A DNA stretch of 64,000 bases. It comes from Pocillopora damicornis. Its lineage: Eukaryota. Made by a program: the position numbers and the translations under genes. Within the stretch, counting starts at the first letter, position 1, and each line of letters begins with the position of its first letter. Shown piece after piece: positions 61,450 to 64,000 of this stretch. The stretch spans positions 1,178,001 to 1,242,000 of the forward strand of contig NW_020845073.1 in assembly GCF_003704095.1 (NCBI RefSeq), given 5' to 3'. A model generated the notes under the pieces. It was not told the origin of the DNA, made no database searches, and saw only the letters and a program-made list of their open reading frames with translations.

Positions 61450-64000
61450 ATGGCCAGTTTACGGGCCGCTATCGTTGCTCTTAGCATAGTGCAATGTTTG
61501 TGTTTAAAAACACGCCCAAGTAGCGACGAAATACGTTTTGATGGTGACGATTTTGTCTCGTTTAACTTGACGCAGAGGCGTCGATTACATGCTCTGGGGG
61601 AACACAAACTCAGCTTTGAATTCAAAACCATCCATCCAAGTGGTATGTTGGTTTACATTGGTAGTGAATTCGAAAAAGGAGACTTCCTGATGGTTGATTT
61701 AGTCCGTGGAAAGCTGAGGTAAGAAGCGAGCATTTAAGATTTGACGCAAGTATAAGTGAACACCCTTCAAATTGTCACGCGCCTAAAATTTCCTTTAATT
61801 CGGCATAAGAATTTACTGTGTTGTACGAACCTATCTGTTTCTACCATCCATTCTTGGGAGAACAAACACAAAAATTGCTCTGACAAGATTATTCAAACCA
61901 TTGAGCATTCTTGTGACTATTCTTTCAAGTTAAAAAGCATAAAATTTTCAACCTGCAACATTAAATTTCGCGTCGAAAATATTACTCCCACATTATCTGT
62001 TGTAGGCAGACAGCTGTCACTTTGGCGAGAAGTTACTAGTAATACGACACAGAACTTTTCCCTCTCATTATTTTTTAGTGGTCGGACAAGCAATCTAGGC
62101 TGCATTTAGATGGGCATAATCTACCACATATTAATATTGCAGAATACACTAAAAAGCCTTTTTGGCGACCGAATGACTCTAGGTAAACTCACTAATTTGC
62201 TTTTAATTTCCGTAGATTTTTATTTGCAAAACATAGTCAGCTTTTCTTCTTTGTTATTATTCTGTAACGAGATATAAATCGATACCTGATATGTATTTGA
62301 AAACATTTGTTTAAAGTTTTAATTAGTGATAACATATCTCCTAAAAGTGGTGAACAGTGTTTAAATTGGAATGCATGTGAGAACTCACCATTAAAAAGAA
62401 GCGATTCTCGCTCGGATTAAATCAAAATAGCTGTAATTTGAATCAACATTTGTGGCTCACCAGACCTTTTAGTTGTTCTAAGCTTTCATTGTACAACACG
62501 ACTCTCCCGACACAGCTGTACTGCGTTCAAATATTTCAGCCGTGTTCAGTGTATCGATTCGCGTTTGTCGAGTGTAATCTGCAAACTTGATTTTATACGT
62601 AGTTGTAAAAGGCGGTAGATCGATACTAATTTCCAATTAAGGAATGTGGTACAAACGTAAGAAAGCTTAAGAATTTGGATGTCACTTGTAACAAAGTTAA
62701 GTAAAGTCAAGGTCGACCTGATTCATGAGATAGATGTAACAACTTTAACTTAACGCCATTTTGGCAGGATGTAGAGAAAGCCTCAATCTGTTGGAAAGAT
62801 TCGAAGGTTACCTTTCAACCAATTATGCCTTTGTTTTGCTGACCTTAAAAGTTCTATCATAGCATTGAGAAGTAAAATTAAATGGATTATGACCCTTTTT
62901 CCTTTTGGGGTTCTTTTTATGCGTGTATGGGTCACCTAAGTTTAGAGAACGATTGAGTGCAAATTTGAGACTACTGAGAACAGAGGATGATCATGAGTTA
63001 ATGGGCTGCAAATAGTCATCACATGAATTTGTTGGGAGCTATGATAGTTAGTTAAAAAATATCATTGATTTATGACCTCCCTCCAGTTCAAATTCATTCT
63101 TCATCATTCAATGTTTATAGAAAAGAGATGATTGCTATAGACATAAACTGACTTTGAGTGTGATGGAATGGAATATGATAGAATAATAAAATGTTTAATC
63201 TATAGAAATAAATACAATTTATGATAGGTAATAAGAGGTTCAAAAATAGGTTCTTGTGCCATATGTTACATCCCACCTTCAACCTGGAGCCTCATATCTC
63301 ATGTCACAAAGCAGTTCAAATAAGAAAGTAACAGTGCGTGAAGGACTGCCTTACTTATTTACCTCACCTGCTTAAACCTCAGGCTTTGTGTGTCTATTTG
63401 ACATTGAAGGAAAGGGAAGTGTGGGGACTGTAGATAGAATATTTTTTTGGTCAGACTCTATGAAGCATTACCAAAAATAGTCATAAGCTATTATAATAAC
63501 ATCACAACTGGCTAACTTGTCAGAAGTAACCTTTCAACCTATTTTCACAGTAGTTTTCATGGAGTATGTGATTTTGATGGAGATGCAAAAGATGTGTCCT
63601 TTTAGCAAAATTAAAACTTATCAAGAAATTTTGGTTGTCATGTTTTTTCTTTTTCTCCACAGAACCACTGTCAATCTGGGTGATGGCATCCCCACTCAAA
63701 ATGGGCACATGGTGCTTGAAGAAACTTTAGCAGATGACCGCTGGCACATCATTCAACTGCGTTTGTTGGGCAAGGAGTTAAAAGTTAAGTACAAGGAGGA
63801 AACGCGCCTTATCGTATTGCAGAGTGAACACACTACTTTTGATGTTGAAGGTTTTGCTTACGTGGGCGGTATACCTCAACACACATTGAATGTCTTGACA
63901 GCTTACAGACCATCATCAAATTTAAGAGGGTGCCTTCGAAACGTGGTTTTTGACAGATGGCAAGTTTTGTTCAGCCCCACGCCAGCGCGCAAAAACTACA
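61450..64000 (+). CDS. 3'-partial laminin-G domain protein (Caspr/neurexin-IV/'EGF and laminin G domain-containing'-like)
   Basis: Exon 61450-61718 (signal MASLRAAIVALSIVQCLC; 'FDGDDFV..LSFEFKTIHPSGMLVY..GDFLMVDLVRGKL'), phase-2 intron, exon 63663->64000 open to the window end ('VNLG..LADDRWH..YVGGIP..LRGCLRNV'). An acceptor AG at 61446-61447 suggests a 5'UTR intron. Confidence 0.88.

Overview
AT-rich, intron-containing eukaryotic genomic DNA. It is not prokaryotic: no operons, CRISPR arrays or rRNA. Gene families and repeat types point to an anthozoan, most likely a scleractinian coral (inference from a USOMP5-like gene). Six spliced protein-coding genes were reconstructed by hand, with GT-AG boundaries and consistent phases: (1) a 5'-partial CUB-CUB-(Cys-rich Shisa-like x2)-GPI-like protein (+); (2) a Ly6/uPAR three-finger GPI protein (-); (3) a secreted PAN/apple + USOMP5-like protein (-); (4) lysosomal alpha-glucosidase GAA (+, 17 coding exons); (5) ADAM10 (+, 14 coding exons, one intron with U12 minor-spliceosome signals); (6) a 3'-partial Caspr/neurexin-like laminin-G protein (+). 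Introns and intergenic DNA carry many non-autonomous elements: at least 9 TTAA-flanked piggyBac-like MITEs, tRNA-derived SINE-like elements (one a head-to-head palindrome), a ~860 bp foldback, and Crypton-like and Penelope-like remnants. There are two N gaps. Most short ORFs in the supplied track are exon fragments or spurious. No unambiguous novel multi-gene system is proven. The best leads are the unusual CUB/Shisa-like GPI protein, the co-location of skeletal-matrix-type ectodomain genes with a sheddase, the U12 intron, and two unexplained structured non-coding segments.
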